Assembly (NCBI GenBank): GCA_950097015.1
Contig: CATNEN010000024.1
Location: 992,001-1,056,000 of the forward strand
Source: Macrostomum hystrix
Lineage: Eukaryota > Animalia > Platyhelminthes
Reading direction: 5' to 3'
Length of the DNA stretch: 64,000 nt
The notes under the pieces are model-generated. The model saw only the letters and a program-made list of their open reading frames with translations, had not been told where the DNA came from and made no database searches. Below, one piece after another: positions 36,894-49,700 of the stretch (its first letter is position 1; every line of letters starts with the position of its first letter). The position numbers were made by a program, and so were the translations under genes.

Positions 36894-37639
36894 TATACCA
36901 TTTATTTCTAGATGTAACACAAGTAGGCACATGAGTATGTCAAGCAAGCAAAGCAGGAATAGATGGCTTATAAACTGTATTGAGAAAATGTAACAAAGAG
37001 CTAACAAAAATAAACGAGAACTGTCAGCACAATTCAGCAATGTTTGGCTAGTAAAGAAAGAATAAAGCATCTGTTAGATGTTCGTGAAATATCTGCAGAA
37101 CTTGCTTGTAGCAATCATAAAGTGTCTTCGCAATGAGATTATTCATTGAGATTATAATTCATTATTATTAATATTTACTTTTCAGCAACGCAACATGCTC
37201 GTCGTCACAGATGTAATCTACTCAAAAAAGTGTATTTTAACTGTCAAATTTCATTTTTTAATAAGTCTTTACAGCAAGCACACAGAATGGTAGATTTACG
37301 CACTCGGAAGCCTAGCATAAGTGCATTGATTTATGACCAAGTGTGTGTGCGCAAGACCAGCTCCTTCGGCCCATAGACAATTTACCGCACAGTTGCGGAA
37401 TTTACTGCACACTTCAATCTATTTCTTTGATGGCCTTTGGGCCATAAACTATACACGAGCTTGAGACGTTTACGCACACTTGGTTATATGTCAATGGTTT
37501 TAGGTGGATTTTAGGCACTGGCTTAACCTAGAAAATAAAAAACTGAGCGTATATGACAGTTGGTGCCATTAAATGACTGAGTACAAAGCATGAGTGTAGG
37601 ATACGATATACGAGCGTAATGTGCTATCACTGCTATGGA

Positions 37640-38040
37640 TAGGGATAGGGTGTCCGGGGATTGCTGAATGATGGGGATAGGGTGTCCCGGGATTGCTGAA
37701 TGATGGGGATAGGGTGTCCCGGGATTGCTGAATGATGGGGATAGGGTGTCCCGGGATTGCTGAATGATGGGGATAGGGTGTCCCGGGATTGCTGAATGAT
37801 GGGGCTAGGGTGTCTGGGGATTGCTGAATGATGGGGATAGGGTGTCTGGGGGTTGCTGAATGATGGGGCTAGGGTGTCTGGGGGTTGCTGAATGATGGGG
37901 CTAGGGTGTCTGGGGATTGCTGAATGATGGGGATAGGGTGTCTGGGGGTTGCTGAATGATGGGGCTAGGGTGTCTGGGGATTGCTGAATGATGTTCTTAG
38001 GGTGTCCGGGAAATGCTTAGCGATTTGTTTAGGGTGTCCA
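37640..38040. repeat. 32-bp minisatellite (GGGGATAGGGTGTCCCGGGATTGCTGAATGAT)
   Basis: Direct tandem repetition. Confidence 0.95.
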
Positions 38041-38268
38041 GGGATTGCCATTTCAAATAAATTCGAAAGTTGCTACAAGTAGAGAGTAAGCTGATATGTA
38101 CAAAAAGTTAATATTTATATAAATAAATGTTGATAACATTTTGTAAAGTTTTCAATCACCTATGTTCAATTTGAAAGTTCTACAACATACAGCAAATCTG
38201 AATGAACGATTTCCAGATAAGTTTGTAAATAATCGAGCACTCTCGATAAAAGTGTGGGAGGGAAATGC

Positions 38269-39312
38269 TCAGACTGCGCCAGCCATGTTAGCCTTGCCGT
38301 GTCGCCACACCTGAGTGTGATATTGTATGGCGTAGCTGCTGTTGTACCGTTGCCTGCAGGCCTCCAGCTGGCTGGCCGACATGCCATTCAGAGTCCGACA
38401 GGCCGGGTCGCTGTCGTGCCAGCTGAACGGATTGAAGAACTCCGGCCTGTACAGGCACACAGAGGCACTGTACTTTGGCCAGTTCCGTTTTAGCAGGCGC
38501 ATCAGCAGCAGCGGCCCTGTGCGGTCTTCCTCCAGCGGGTAGCTGCCCGTCAGGACGCGCCACCATCGCTGGCTGGCGATTCGGCGAATCTCCTCGATGG
38601 CGTCTAGCCAAATCTGCTGGCCGGGCCGGCTGTACATCAGCGAGTTTTGCACCAAGCCGGATGGCATGCGCATCGCTGTCCAGCCGGAGCCGATGGACAT
38701 TGCGCCCAGCACCACGCTGCAGTTCGCCAGCAGGTGCTGGAACGGACGCAGGCACTCGGAGTCCAAATCGGCGTACAGGCCGCCCAGATTGTACAGGTAC
38801 AGATAGCGGACGGAGTCGACTCGCTCGATCTTCGTTGGCAGCGCTCGCCAGGTTCGATAAAAGTCTGGAAATTTCGACCGGACGAATTCCGCATTGTCCG
38901 CATCGGTCCACAGTCGGTAGTGCCAGTTTGGGAAGCACCGGCGCCAGCTAGCCGACCAGCTTGCGAATCGGTCCGGCAGACGGGCCGACTTCCACGACTG
39001 ATGCACGAAGCTTGGCACTTCGTTCGCTTTGACGCCGCCCACATCGACGACGCCAGGCGAGGCCAAGTCAAGCGGAACGTGCGGTATTTCCGGGAAGAAT
39101 TCCAGCTCCTTGGCTAGCCGGTGGGCCAGGTGCGAGGCGGCCATGAATGCCAGGGCCAGCACCGGCAGGGCGAGGACCAGGCGAGTCTTCGGACCGCCAC
39201 GCAGGCGAATCCGATTCAGCTGCCGCCTGGCCGGGCAATGAGTCATGAGCTGCTCCCACGTGGCCTGCGAGTCGTGACGAGCGCGTCCGCCTGGGTGAGG
39301 AGGCGAGGCCAT
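38269..39312 (-). CDS. Glycosyltransferase family 32 (DXD, Sur1/Och1-like), type II membrane, single coding exon, 347 aa
   Basis: N-terminal TM (LVLALPVLALAFMAA); FVHQSWK, WHYRLWTD, ERVDSVRYLYLYNLGGLYADLD (DxD motif). Confidence 0.9.
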   Translation of the reverse strand: MASPPHPGGRARHDSQATWEQLMTHCPARRQLNRIRLRGGPKTRLVLALPVLALAFMAASHLAHRLAKELEFFPEIPHVPLDLASPGVVDVGGVKANEVPSFVHQSWKSARLPDRFASWSASWRRCFPNWHYRLWTDADNAEFVRSKFPDFYRTWRALPTKIERVDSVRYLYLYNLGGLYADLDSECLRPFQHLLANCSVVLGAMSIGSGWTAMRMPSGLVQNSLMYSRPGQQIWLDAIEEIRRIASQRWWRVLTGSYPLEEDRTGPLLLMRLLKRNWPKYSASVCLYRPEFFNPFSWHDSDPACRTLNGMSASQLEACRQRYNSSYAIQYHTQVWRHGKANMAGAV

Positions 39313-39914
39313 TTTGATGAAGACTAGCTAATGAGGTCTTTGTTACTAAACAAATTGACGCGTTGCGGGGCACTGACGGAATCTTATGTGACAGTCGACC
39401 CGCAGCCAGCGAAACCTCACACAGGTGTACATCTGTCCTGAATCTGTCCTGTCCTGCCCATTTCACATAAATCAGGCACACTGTACCGCGAATTTGAGTT
39501 AAGGAGCCTTGGTAGAGAAATCGTTGCTCAAAAAGCATAAAAAAGAGAAATTTTAAATAGAATTGACGCTTGCATAAGTTTCGCTGTGCAATCAGTTCGT
39601 TGTTTGCTCAAAACCTGCAACCACTCGCACAAGAAAATCTGATTTCTCCAGTACTGTCATGTTTGCCAGTGAATAGTACGGCTCAGCTACCGTTGATTAC
39701 ATCCGGTGAAAAAGGCTTCTAGCAGGTACCTTCTACTTTTTAGTTTCTGCCCAGTGTTAAATGGTAGTGATTGCTAAATTTACATAAGTTTTATGCAACA
39801 ATACAATCCTCAAATGTTGGCTTATGCATATCGTTGCCAGTGGGCCTTGTAACACTCTGTATGGTCCCAGCTGACACCACTCTCCCTGACACCCCAGCTG
39901 AGCTATTCGCTGAC

Positions 39915-40766
39915 ACCCATCTAACACCAAGTGCCAGTGTGTGATTCAGCTGACACCCATCTAACACCAAGTGCCAGTGTGTGATTCAGCTGACACCCAT
40001 CTAACACCCAGTGCCAGTGTGTGATTCAGCTGACACCCATCTAACACCCAGTGCCAGTGTGTGATTCAGCTGACACCCATCTAACACCCAGTGCCAGTGT
40101 GTGATTCAGCTGACACCCATCTAACACCCAGTGCCAGTGTGTGATTCAGCTGACACCCATCTAACACCCAGTGCCAGTGTGTGATTCAGCTGACACCCAT
40201 CTAACACCCAGTGCCAGTGTGTGATTCAGCTGACACCCATCTAACACCCAGTGCCAGTGTGTGATTCAGCTGACACCCATCTAACACCCAGTGTGTGATT
40301 CAGCTGACACCCATCTAACACCCAGTGCCAGTGTGTGATTCAGCTGACACCCATCTAACACCCAGTGCCAGTGTGTGATTCAGCTGACACCCATCTAACA
40401 CCCAGTGTGTGATTCAGCTGACACCCATCTAACACCCAGTGTGTGATTCAGCTGACACCCATCTAACACCCAGTGTGTGATTCAGCTGACACCCATCTAA
40501 CACCCAGTGTGTGATTCAGCTGACACACAGTGTGTGATTCAGCTGACACCCATCTAACACCCAGTGCCAGTGTGTGATTCAGCTGACACCCATCTAACAC
40601 ACAGTGTGTGATTCAGCTGACACCCATCTAACACCCAGTGTGTGATTCAGCTGACACCCATCTAACACCCAGTGTGTGATTCAGCTGACACACAGTGTGT
40701 GATTCAGCTGACACCCATCTAACACCCAGTGTGTGATTCAGCTGACACCCAGTGTGTGATTCAGCT
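39915..40766. repeat. 40-bp minisatellite (CAGCTGACACCCATCTAACACCCAGTGCCAGTGTGTGATT) with shorter deletion variants
   Basis: Direct tandem repetition; shorter units predominate towards the right end. Confidence 0.95.
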
Positions 40767-41871
40767 AAAATCGCTGTGCAAAATGGCCAGGAGTCAAAGA
40801 TTTCCTACGGCTCAGCAACTTTACTCACACGCGTGAACTCACCCTGGCTGTCCAGTTTGAGTAGCAATTAACTGCGGCAGCTGAACACGCAGAAGAAACA
40901 CTTAAGTTGCCGCTGGGGGCAGACTTATCAAATAGTTTAACAAACAGTTTAATTGAGCGCAGGTTATTAGCGGCTAGATTTATTTTGCGCACCTTTGCTT
41001 TAGCCAAGTATTGCTCATCCACACAGTGCTCAGTGTTCTCTCTCTTGTGCAATGGCCAGCTCACTATTGGTTAAATCAGGGGCTTATAGTAGGGGTAGCA
41101 GCTTTATTACGGAGTTTCCTCATTGCATTTTTCAAGACACGGCGGAGGCGGGGCGGACTGTGGGTTCAGAGGTGGGCTTCGCTGGCCCACAATTAATTCA
41201 GTGATGAAATAGAGAAGGAAAGGTTAGGATTTTGGGTGGGGTGGCCTTGCCAGCTGTGTCAGTGGGGTAGGAAAGCATTCTGGCCGATCGCATTGTTGTG
41301 TCCCACACCCAGACCGGGCTGTGAATTCAGGCCTCTGTTCAGTGCAGGGGGGTTGTTGAAGGTTTTCAGCCCGCTCCTATTGGATGGCTTGGGCGATTGG
41401 TATGGGAAAGGAAAAAAATGAGTAGACGAGGGAAGGAACAGAGTTCACAGTACCTGGTCGGTCTCACCCCCGCCTAAAACCCTCACCCAGGACAACAATA
41501 GAGGAGTTGTATAGAGCCACTGAGAGCTGAAGAGAGAGAGACAGAATGTCACAGCTGGATATGGTTACTAGCTGAAGCTTCTCTGCAATACTCACTGTAC
41601 TTCGCAACTTAAAAGCATTTTTTATTCCATTTTAACACGTTGCTGTTTGTGTACACTCATCTGTTTCTGCCCCCGTTAACTAACCCTTCTCCACTCTGCC
41701 AAGAAAATCACCTCGATGCAGCCACTGATGTTGACGCATTGCTCACTACTACCAGAGCTGCGATCTCAACTAAGCTTCATTCCAGCCTATTGTGAAGTTA
41801 CTGCATGCAGTAAATTCTGCTGCACAGAAATTTGCAAATTTGTTTGTCTGTGTGTCTGCTTATGTAAACTC

Positions 41872-43480
41872 TTAAACACAGAAGACTGCCTGTCAGTTAG
41901 AGAGGACTAGACACTTACCTGTTAGACACAGAAGACTGCCTGTCAGTTAGAGAGGACTAGACACTTTCCTGTTAGACACAGAAGACTGCCTGTCAGTTAG
42001 AGAGGACTAGACACTTACCTGTTAGACACAGAAGACTGTCTGTCAGTTAGAGAGGACTAGACACCTACCTGTTAGACACAGAAGACTGTCTGTCAGTTAG
42101 TGAGGACTAGACACTTTCCTGTTAGACACAGAAGACTGTCTGTCAGTTAGAGAGGACTAGACACCTACCTGTTAGACACAGAAGACTGTCTGTCAGTTAG
42201 AGAGGACTAGACACTTTCCTGTTAGACTCAGAAGACTGCCTGTCAGTTAGAGAGGACTAGACACTTTCCTGTTAGACACAGAAGACTGCCTGTCAGTTAG
42301 AGAGGACTAGACACTTTCCTGTTAGACACAGAAGACTGTCTGTCAGTTAGAGAGGACTAGACACTTACCTGTTAGACACAGAAGACTGTCTGTCAGTTAG
42401 AGAGGACTAGACACCTACCTGTTAGACACAGAAGACTGTCTGTCAGTTAGAGAGGACTAGACACCTACCTGTTAGACACAGAAGACTGTCTGTCAGTTAG
42501 AGAGGACTAGACACCTACCTGTTAGACACAGAAGACTGCCTGTCAGTTAGAGAGGACTAGACACTTTCCTGTTAGACACAGAAGACTGCCTGTCAGTTAG
42601 AGAGGACTAGACACTTTCCTGTTAGACACAGAAGACTGCCTGTCAGTTAGAGAGGACTAGACACTTACCTGTTAGACACAGAAGACTGTCTGTCAGTTAG
42701 AGAGGACTAGACACCTACCTGTTAGACACAGAAGACTGTCTGTCAGTTAGAGAGGACTAGACACCTACCTGTTAGACACAGAAGACTGTCTGTCAGTTAG
42801 TGAGGACTAGACACCTACCTGTTAGACACAGAAGACTGTCTGTCAGTTAGAGAGGACTAGACACCTTCCTGCTAGACACAGAAGACTGCCTGTCAGTTAG
42901 TGAGGACTAGACACCTACCTGTTAGACACAGAAGACTGCCTGTCAGTTAGTGAGGACTAGACACCTACCTGTTAGACACAGAAGACTGTCTGTCAGTTAG
43001 AGAGGACTAGACACCTACCTGTTAGACCCAGAAGACTGTCTGTCAGTTAGTGAGGACTAGACACCTACCTGTTAGACACAGAAGACTGTCTGTCAGTTAG
43101 AGAGGACTAGACACCTTCCTGCTAGACACAGAAGACTGCCTGTCAGTTAGTGAGGACTAGACACCTACCTGTTAGACACAGAAGACTGCCTGTCAGTTAG
43201 TGAGGACTAGACACCTACCTGTTAGACACAGAAGACTGTCTGTCAGTTAGAGAGGACTAGACACCTACCTGTTAGACACAGAAGACTGCCTGTCAGTTAG
43301 AGAGGACTAGACACCTACCTGTTAGACACAGAAGACTGCCTGTCAGTTAGTGAGGACTAGACACTTTCCTGTTAGACACAGAAGACTGCCTGTCAGTTAG
43401 TGAGGACTAGACACCTACCTGTTAGACACAGAAGACTGTCTGTCAGTTAGAGAGGACTAGACACCTACCTGTTAGACACA
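41872..43480. repeat. 50-bp minisatellite (AGTTAGAGAGGACTAGACACTTACCTGTTAGACACAGAAGACTGCCTGTC), ~32 copies
   Basis: Direct tandem repetition with period 50. Confidence 0.97.
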
Positions 43481-44074
43481 GAAGACCTGGCACATAGTAA
43501 CATGCCTGATTAAGCACAAACATAGCATTTTTTGTGTGTTGTAAAACCCGCGGCAACGCCCAAACAGTAGATTTTTGCAGGAATATTTTGTTGCTTTTGG
43601 TCTTCGGTGCATGGCTTTTACTACTTGATCTCTCTTTGAGAGATTCGATCTCACTGACACAGAGGACGGATGGTTTTGAGGTGAACGGCCTTGAACCAGA
43701 AAGCTGAAGCTGAACACGATGCAACATCAAAGCAAAAGAGATAAATCTTCTTTAATCTAGACTATCAGCAGCAGACACAAGCGATTTACTTACACTCGCA
43801 CAAAAAATGTTATTTTTTATTGCTATGAACCAAATCCCTTGAGTAACGCCGCGTTTAAAGAGCTTTTGTAGGCTTTGGAATCTTTACATAGTTGACGGGA
43901 AGGTAACCATATGCTATTATCATTGTAACAGCAGTTTTTTTATAACTGAGAAAATATTTCTTTTTTTACTAATTTTACGCTTTAACTCCAACTGCACTAC
44001 TAAATAAAAACAGTAGTTTTTTATGACGTATTATTTGATATCGGCACTTCTCAGAAAAAAGCATGCTAAAATAC

Positions 44075-45160
44075 CGCTGCCTACCCACTGCTCACACTCC
44101 AATGCCTACCCACTGCTGACACTCCGCTGCCTACCCACTGCTGACACTCCGCTGCCTACCCACTGCTGACACTCCAATGCCTACCCACTGCTGACACTCC
44201 GCTGCCTACCCACTGCTGACACTCCAATGCCTATCCACTGCTGACACTCCAATGCCTATCCACTGCTGACACTCCAATGCCTATCCACTGCTGACACTCC
44301 AATGCCTACCCACTGCTGACACTCCGCTGCCTACCCACTGCTGACACTCCAATGCCTACCCACTGCTGACACTCCAATGCCTACCCACTGCTGACACTCC
44401 AATGCCTACCCACTGCTGACACTCCAATGCCTACCCACTGCTGACACTCCAATGCCTACCCACTGCTGACACTCCAATGCCTACCCACTGCTGACACTCC
44501 AATGCCTACCCACTGCTGACACTCCAATGCCTACCCACTGCTGACACTCCAATGCCTACCCACTGCTGACACTCCAATGCCTACCCACTGCTGACACTCC
44601 GCTGCCTACCCACTGCTGACACTCCGCTGCCTACCCACTGCTGACACTCCAATGCCTATCCACTGCTGACACTCCAATGCCTACCCACTGCTGACACTCC
44701 AATGCCTACCCACTGCTGACACTCCAATGCCTACCCACTGCTGACACTCCAATGCCTATCCACTGCTGACACTCCAATGCCTATCCACTGCTGACACTCC
44801 AATGCCTACCCACTGCTGACACTCCAATGCCTACCCACTGCTGACACTCCAATGCCTACCCACTGCTGACACTCCAATGCCTATCCACTGCTGACACTCC
44901 GCTGCCTACCCACTGCTGATACTCCGCTGCCTACCCACTGCTGATACTCCAATGCCTACCCACTGCTGACACTCCAATGCCTACCCACTGCTGACACTCC
45001 AATGCCTACCCACTGCTGACACTCCAATGCCTATCCACTGCTGACACTCCAATGCCTACCCACTGCTGACACTCCAATGCCTACCCACTGCTGACACTCC
45101 AATGCCTACCCACTGCTGACACTCCAATGCCTACCCACTGCTGACACTCCAATGCCTACC
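44075..45160. repeat. 25-bp minisatellite (GCCTACCCACTGCTGACACTCCAAT)
   Basis: Direct tandem repetition. Confidence 0.97.
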
Positions 45161-45611
45161 TGTAAAATTTATAATTCCACTATAAAAAGTGCAAGAAGTT
45201 ATGAGAGATAAAAGTTCTCAGTTCAATTTTATGTGAGTAGCTGGCCGTCTTGCATTTTTTTTGTCGATAGGAGCACCAATTAAAGGGTATCAGTTTTAAC
45301 GTTGTAAAATTGTAAAAATTAAGCGTGATCCCCTGAATAAATGTACTGAGAGTTTTTTATTCACAATCTGCAGTTTTACAGCCTGCTAGTTTTCAAACAG
45401 AAGCACGAGCTAATTGCATATCCGGTGTGTCATGGCCCAGAGCACCTATGAAGATATCACCGCTTCCCTCCTGCTGCTGTATCTCAGCGTGGACACAATT
45501 GCGCCAGCTAGGCCATGTGCTGCTGCGGCCAATACCACAACATCAGATATAAGATTATATCGTACTGAATGATAATGGCTTTTGACACTTCATATTTAGG
45601 ATTGAAAATTG

Positions 45612-45783
45612 TTATTGGGGATTGACACTTGATATTGGGGATTGACACTTGATATTGGGGATTGATACTTGATATTGGGGATTGATACTTGATATTGGGG
45701 ATTGATACTTGATATTGGGGATTGATACTTGATATTGGGGATTGATACTTGATATTGGGAAATTACATTTGATATTGGGGATT
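45612..45783. repeat. 20-bp minisatellite (TGGGGATTGATACTTGATAT) abutting a SINE head
   Basis: Direct tandem repetition, ~8 copies. Confidence 0.9.
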
Positions 45784-46075
45784 GACGGGGGTGAGTGGCA
45801 GAGCGGTTAACGCGTTTGTCTCTCGCGCCAAGGTCCCTGAGCTCGATTCCACGGCGAGGCCACATTCAGTTGGGGCGCAGCCGCGGAGAGAAGGCTTGGG
45901 GGCTTGTCGTGCCATTTACGCCCTTGAGGGCCGACCTCCAAGGCACAGTGAGAGTGTACACTGCCTGGCGATGAGAAAGTCAGGGCAGATGTACACACCT
46001 GTGTGAGCGTGTCCCGGCGTACAAGATCTGTGTGCGTGTGTGCTCAGGAGTCAGCGGAATGGGCAGAATTGCCTC
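45784..46075 (+). mobile_element. SINE family A, near full length
   Basis: A-box TGGCAGAGCGG, B-box-like GAGCTCGATTCC; collinear with 33506-33775. Confidence 0.8.
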
Positions 46076-46532
46076 CTCGCTGGCTGCGGGTCTAGTGCCA
46101 CCAAATGATGTGCCATTGCCCGCAGCCCTCCTTCAATCATTATTAATATTAGGATTGGCGATTGATATTTGGAAATCAGGATTTGATTTCGCAGGTTTAA
46201 TTCAATAAGTGTTTAAAATTAAGACCTGATAACGCTTGACAGCATGATTGAACGACTGACTGACGAAAACATGCAATGAATTGTCAGTCAGTTGCAACAA
46301 TACAGAGTGACTCATACTATTGGCCCAATGACGCCAGGCACACTCACACGTGTGACATGTGTGACAGGCGGGCAGGTCACGGTAAGGCAAACGAGCAGAA
46401 AACCAACTCCACTCCATTCAGCAGCGAGTTCGTGTCAATAGTGCACGGGGGAGGGTGCCAATTGCTTTGTCTCGGGCTGTTGTGGAAGACTGTGTGTGTG
46501 GGGGGGGGAAGTCTAGGGGATCAAAACACTGG

Positions 46533-46617
46533 ATTGGCTGGGCGGGACTTAGTAAGACCATGCACAAAGAGAACGAGAGAGCTAAGTTATGTTGTGCCCC
46601 CTTCCATTCCCCTATAA
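46533..46617 (+). promoter_or_regulatory. Candidate Pol II promoter of the Cys-loop gene (CCAAT, GC box, TATA-like)
   Basis: ATTGG at 46533, GGGCGGGA at 46540 and TATAA at 46613, ~120 nt upstream of the ATG at 46736. Confidence 0.45.
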
Positions 46618-46735
46618 CAAGCCTTTACACCGCTGCACCACAGCAGAAGCTGAGGGCACCATCAAGCAAGACCAACCAACAAGTCTTGCCTGTTCGACTC
46701 TAAGACTAGATTTAAGAGCAAGTCAACCGAAAGTA

Positions 46736-49700
46736 ATGCAAAACCTATTACTGCTTCTGCTGTTGCTACAGTTGTCATTGGTTACGGAGCAGACATCCGG
46801 AACAACGGCTGCCGACCGCTCACTGGACGAAGTGGAAAACGTCGGGCAGCTGCTGGATCCGCGTAGATACAATAAGAACCACCGGCCGCCCAGCCGCCTG
46901 ACCAAAAATGCCACTCGGCCTCATCTTGTACGCGGGCGTGTTATTTTGCTAAGAACCATTGATCAAGAGAGATGGGGAGCTTGTAGGCCAGTGTTTAAAG
47001 CTACGGGCCAACTCTTTAATGCGCATCTTCTGAAACAAGAATCAATTCGCCAGCCCATTAGACCGTTGAGATATTTATCTATGGGACATTTCGCTATGGG
47101 ACAAAACTCAACCACAGGACCCTTGCCTAGTCTGTCAACCAATCAGTCACCACCCGAAGCCGTCAGCAGCGTGCCTCCAGCTGATATTGACCTAAACTCA
47201 ACAAAAACTTGTTGAAGGTCCAGCAGCTCCGTCTCGATAAAATTCGATGACCTTCGAAGTCGGAGATGATGCAGGCACATTCGGGTGACGTGCTGATAAA
47301 GTTTGAAGTCTGTCATTCATTGCTCATTGCGCAAGTGAAATGTGGGAATTTGATCCCAAACACAAGCCGTCATCATATTGGAAAATGGTGCCCTATACAG
47401 GTAGGTGCCAGGGACGAAATGGGAAGCCAAATTGGGAATAGGTTTCTTGGTTTACCGTGGGATTTCTTGGTTACCGTGGAATTTCTTGGTTTACCGTTGG
47501 ATTTCTTGGTTACCGTGGGATTTCTTGGTTTACCGTTGGATTTCTTGGTTTACCGTTGGATTTCTTGGTTTACCGTTGGATTTCTTGGTTTACCGTGGGA
47601 TTTCTTGGTTTACCGTTGGATTTCTTGGTTACCGTTGGATTTCTTGGTTTACCGTGGGATTTCTTGGTTTACCGTTGGATTTCTTGGTTACCGTGGGATT
47701 TCTTGGTTTACCGTTGGATTTCTTGGTTACCGTGGGATTTCTTGGTTTACCGTTGGATTTCTTGGTTTACCGTTGGATTTCTTGGTTTACCGTTGAATTT
47801 CTTGTTTTACCGTGGGATTTCTTGGTTTACCGTGGGATTTCTTGCTTTACCGTTGGATTTCTTGGTTTACAATGGGATTTCTTGCTTTGCTGTGGGATAT
47901 CTTGGTTTCTCGTGGGATTTCTTAGTTTACCGTGGGATTTCTTGTTTTCTCGTGGGATTTCTTGGTTTACCGTGGGATTTCTTGGTTTCTCGTGGGATTT
48001 TTTGGTTTCTCGTGGGATTTCTTAGTTGGCTGTGGGATTTCTAAGAAGGCCTGACAAGGCCGCACTGAGGCGCAGTGTGCAAATGACAAGAGTGCAAATT
48101 CGTGTATAGGGGTGTATGAAATGCACTAGTTCTCATCGGAAAAATCTGACCTTCGATCAGAACCCTTGAATATCTAGACGGTCTGAAGGGCTGGTGACTT
48201 GATTATTGTTTTAGAATATGCACAACAAATAAGTTGGCCCGTGTTCTTGAGTTTCGTGTGCTTGCATTGCTCCGTTCGGGTGCAGCACAAAAAATTATCG
48301 ATTGATTCGCAAAATGTCCATCTGTTAGGACCGGCCGCAGCCCACAGACGTGCTAGTGAACCTGCACATCGTGTCCTTCAGCACGCTGAGCGTCCAGAAC
48401 ATGGACTTCACCGTGAACATGTACCTGCGCATGATCTGGGAGGACACTCGACTGGCCTTCTTGTCAACCAATCCCAATGCGTCAGTCAGCCTGCACTCGA
48501 TGAAGGATCGCATCTGGATGCCCGACATCTTCTTTCGCAACGCCAAACAGGTGGAGAATCACGCTGACCCGGTGCCCAACATCCTCGTTAAACTGCAGCC
48601 CTCCGGCAGGATCTACTTCTCCCAGGTGAGAACTTTTCATTTCTATTAGACAGGTGGCATTGCCACCACTTTTATCTGAGCTGTGGCTCTGTGTACTCAA
48701 TAGTGACAATCTACTATCTCATCTCTCAACTTTCTCATCTCTCCCCAGCCATATCTCTCTCCTGTCTTATCTCTCTCCTGACTTATCACTCCGTCTCATC
48801 TCTCCCCAGTCTTATCTCTCCCCTGTCTCATCTCTACTCTGTCTCAACTCTTACCAGTCTTAACTGTCTCGTGATTTATATCCTACTGAGTCTTATCTAT
48901 CTCGTCTATATTTCCAATTTTTTATCAGACCTCTCCCGTTTCTCATCTCCATTTCACGAATCTAATTAGCCAGTTTAATAGAGTGATCAGGACTTGAGTA
49001 CACATAGTGTAATTTTAGTGACGCATACCTCGTTAGATTTTTTAGTTATTTATAGTGCGTCCTGTTCATATTTTCGATATCTGCTTCTGTGATGCTTTTC
49101 AGCTCATTTTGTCATCATTAAATTTCTTCTAAAAGCAGAAGCGTGGATTAGCTACACAGTGTCAAAACTATATTACGTAATCCATCGTTAAACATAATTC
49201 ATATGGTGATACCTCAGGCATCCGGGGTTATGCACGAAGGATCCAAGGATATTACTCAAAGATCTAGGGATATTACTCAAAGATCTAGGGATATTACTCA
49301 AAGATCTAGGGATATTACTGAAGGATCCAGGGTTATGCCTGAAGGATCCAGAGTTATGCGTGAAGGATCCAGAGTTATGCGTGAAGGATCCAGGGTTATG
49401 CCTGAAGGATCCAGGGTTATGCGTGAAGGATCCAGAGTTATGCGTGAAGGATCCAGGGTTATGCCTGAAGGATCCAGGGTTATGCGTGAAGGATCCAGGG
49501 TTATGCCTGAAGGATCCAGGGTTATGCCTGAAGGATCCAGAGTTATGCCTGAAGGATCCAGGGTTATGCGTGAAGGATCCAGGGTTATGCGTGAAGTATC
49601 CAGGGTTATGCCTGAAGGATCCAGAGTTATGCCTGAAGGATCCAGGGTTATGCGTGAAGGATCCAGAGTTATGCGTGAAGGATCCAGGGTTATGCCTGAA

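Noticed and set aside
46928-47215. Extension of the 46589 ORF as a 208-aa protein
   Set aside because: Channel similarity ends near RPP/HL; the remainder is best read as intron after a GTACGC donor (tentative).
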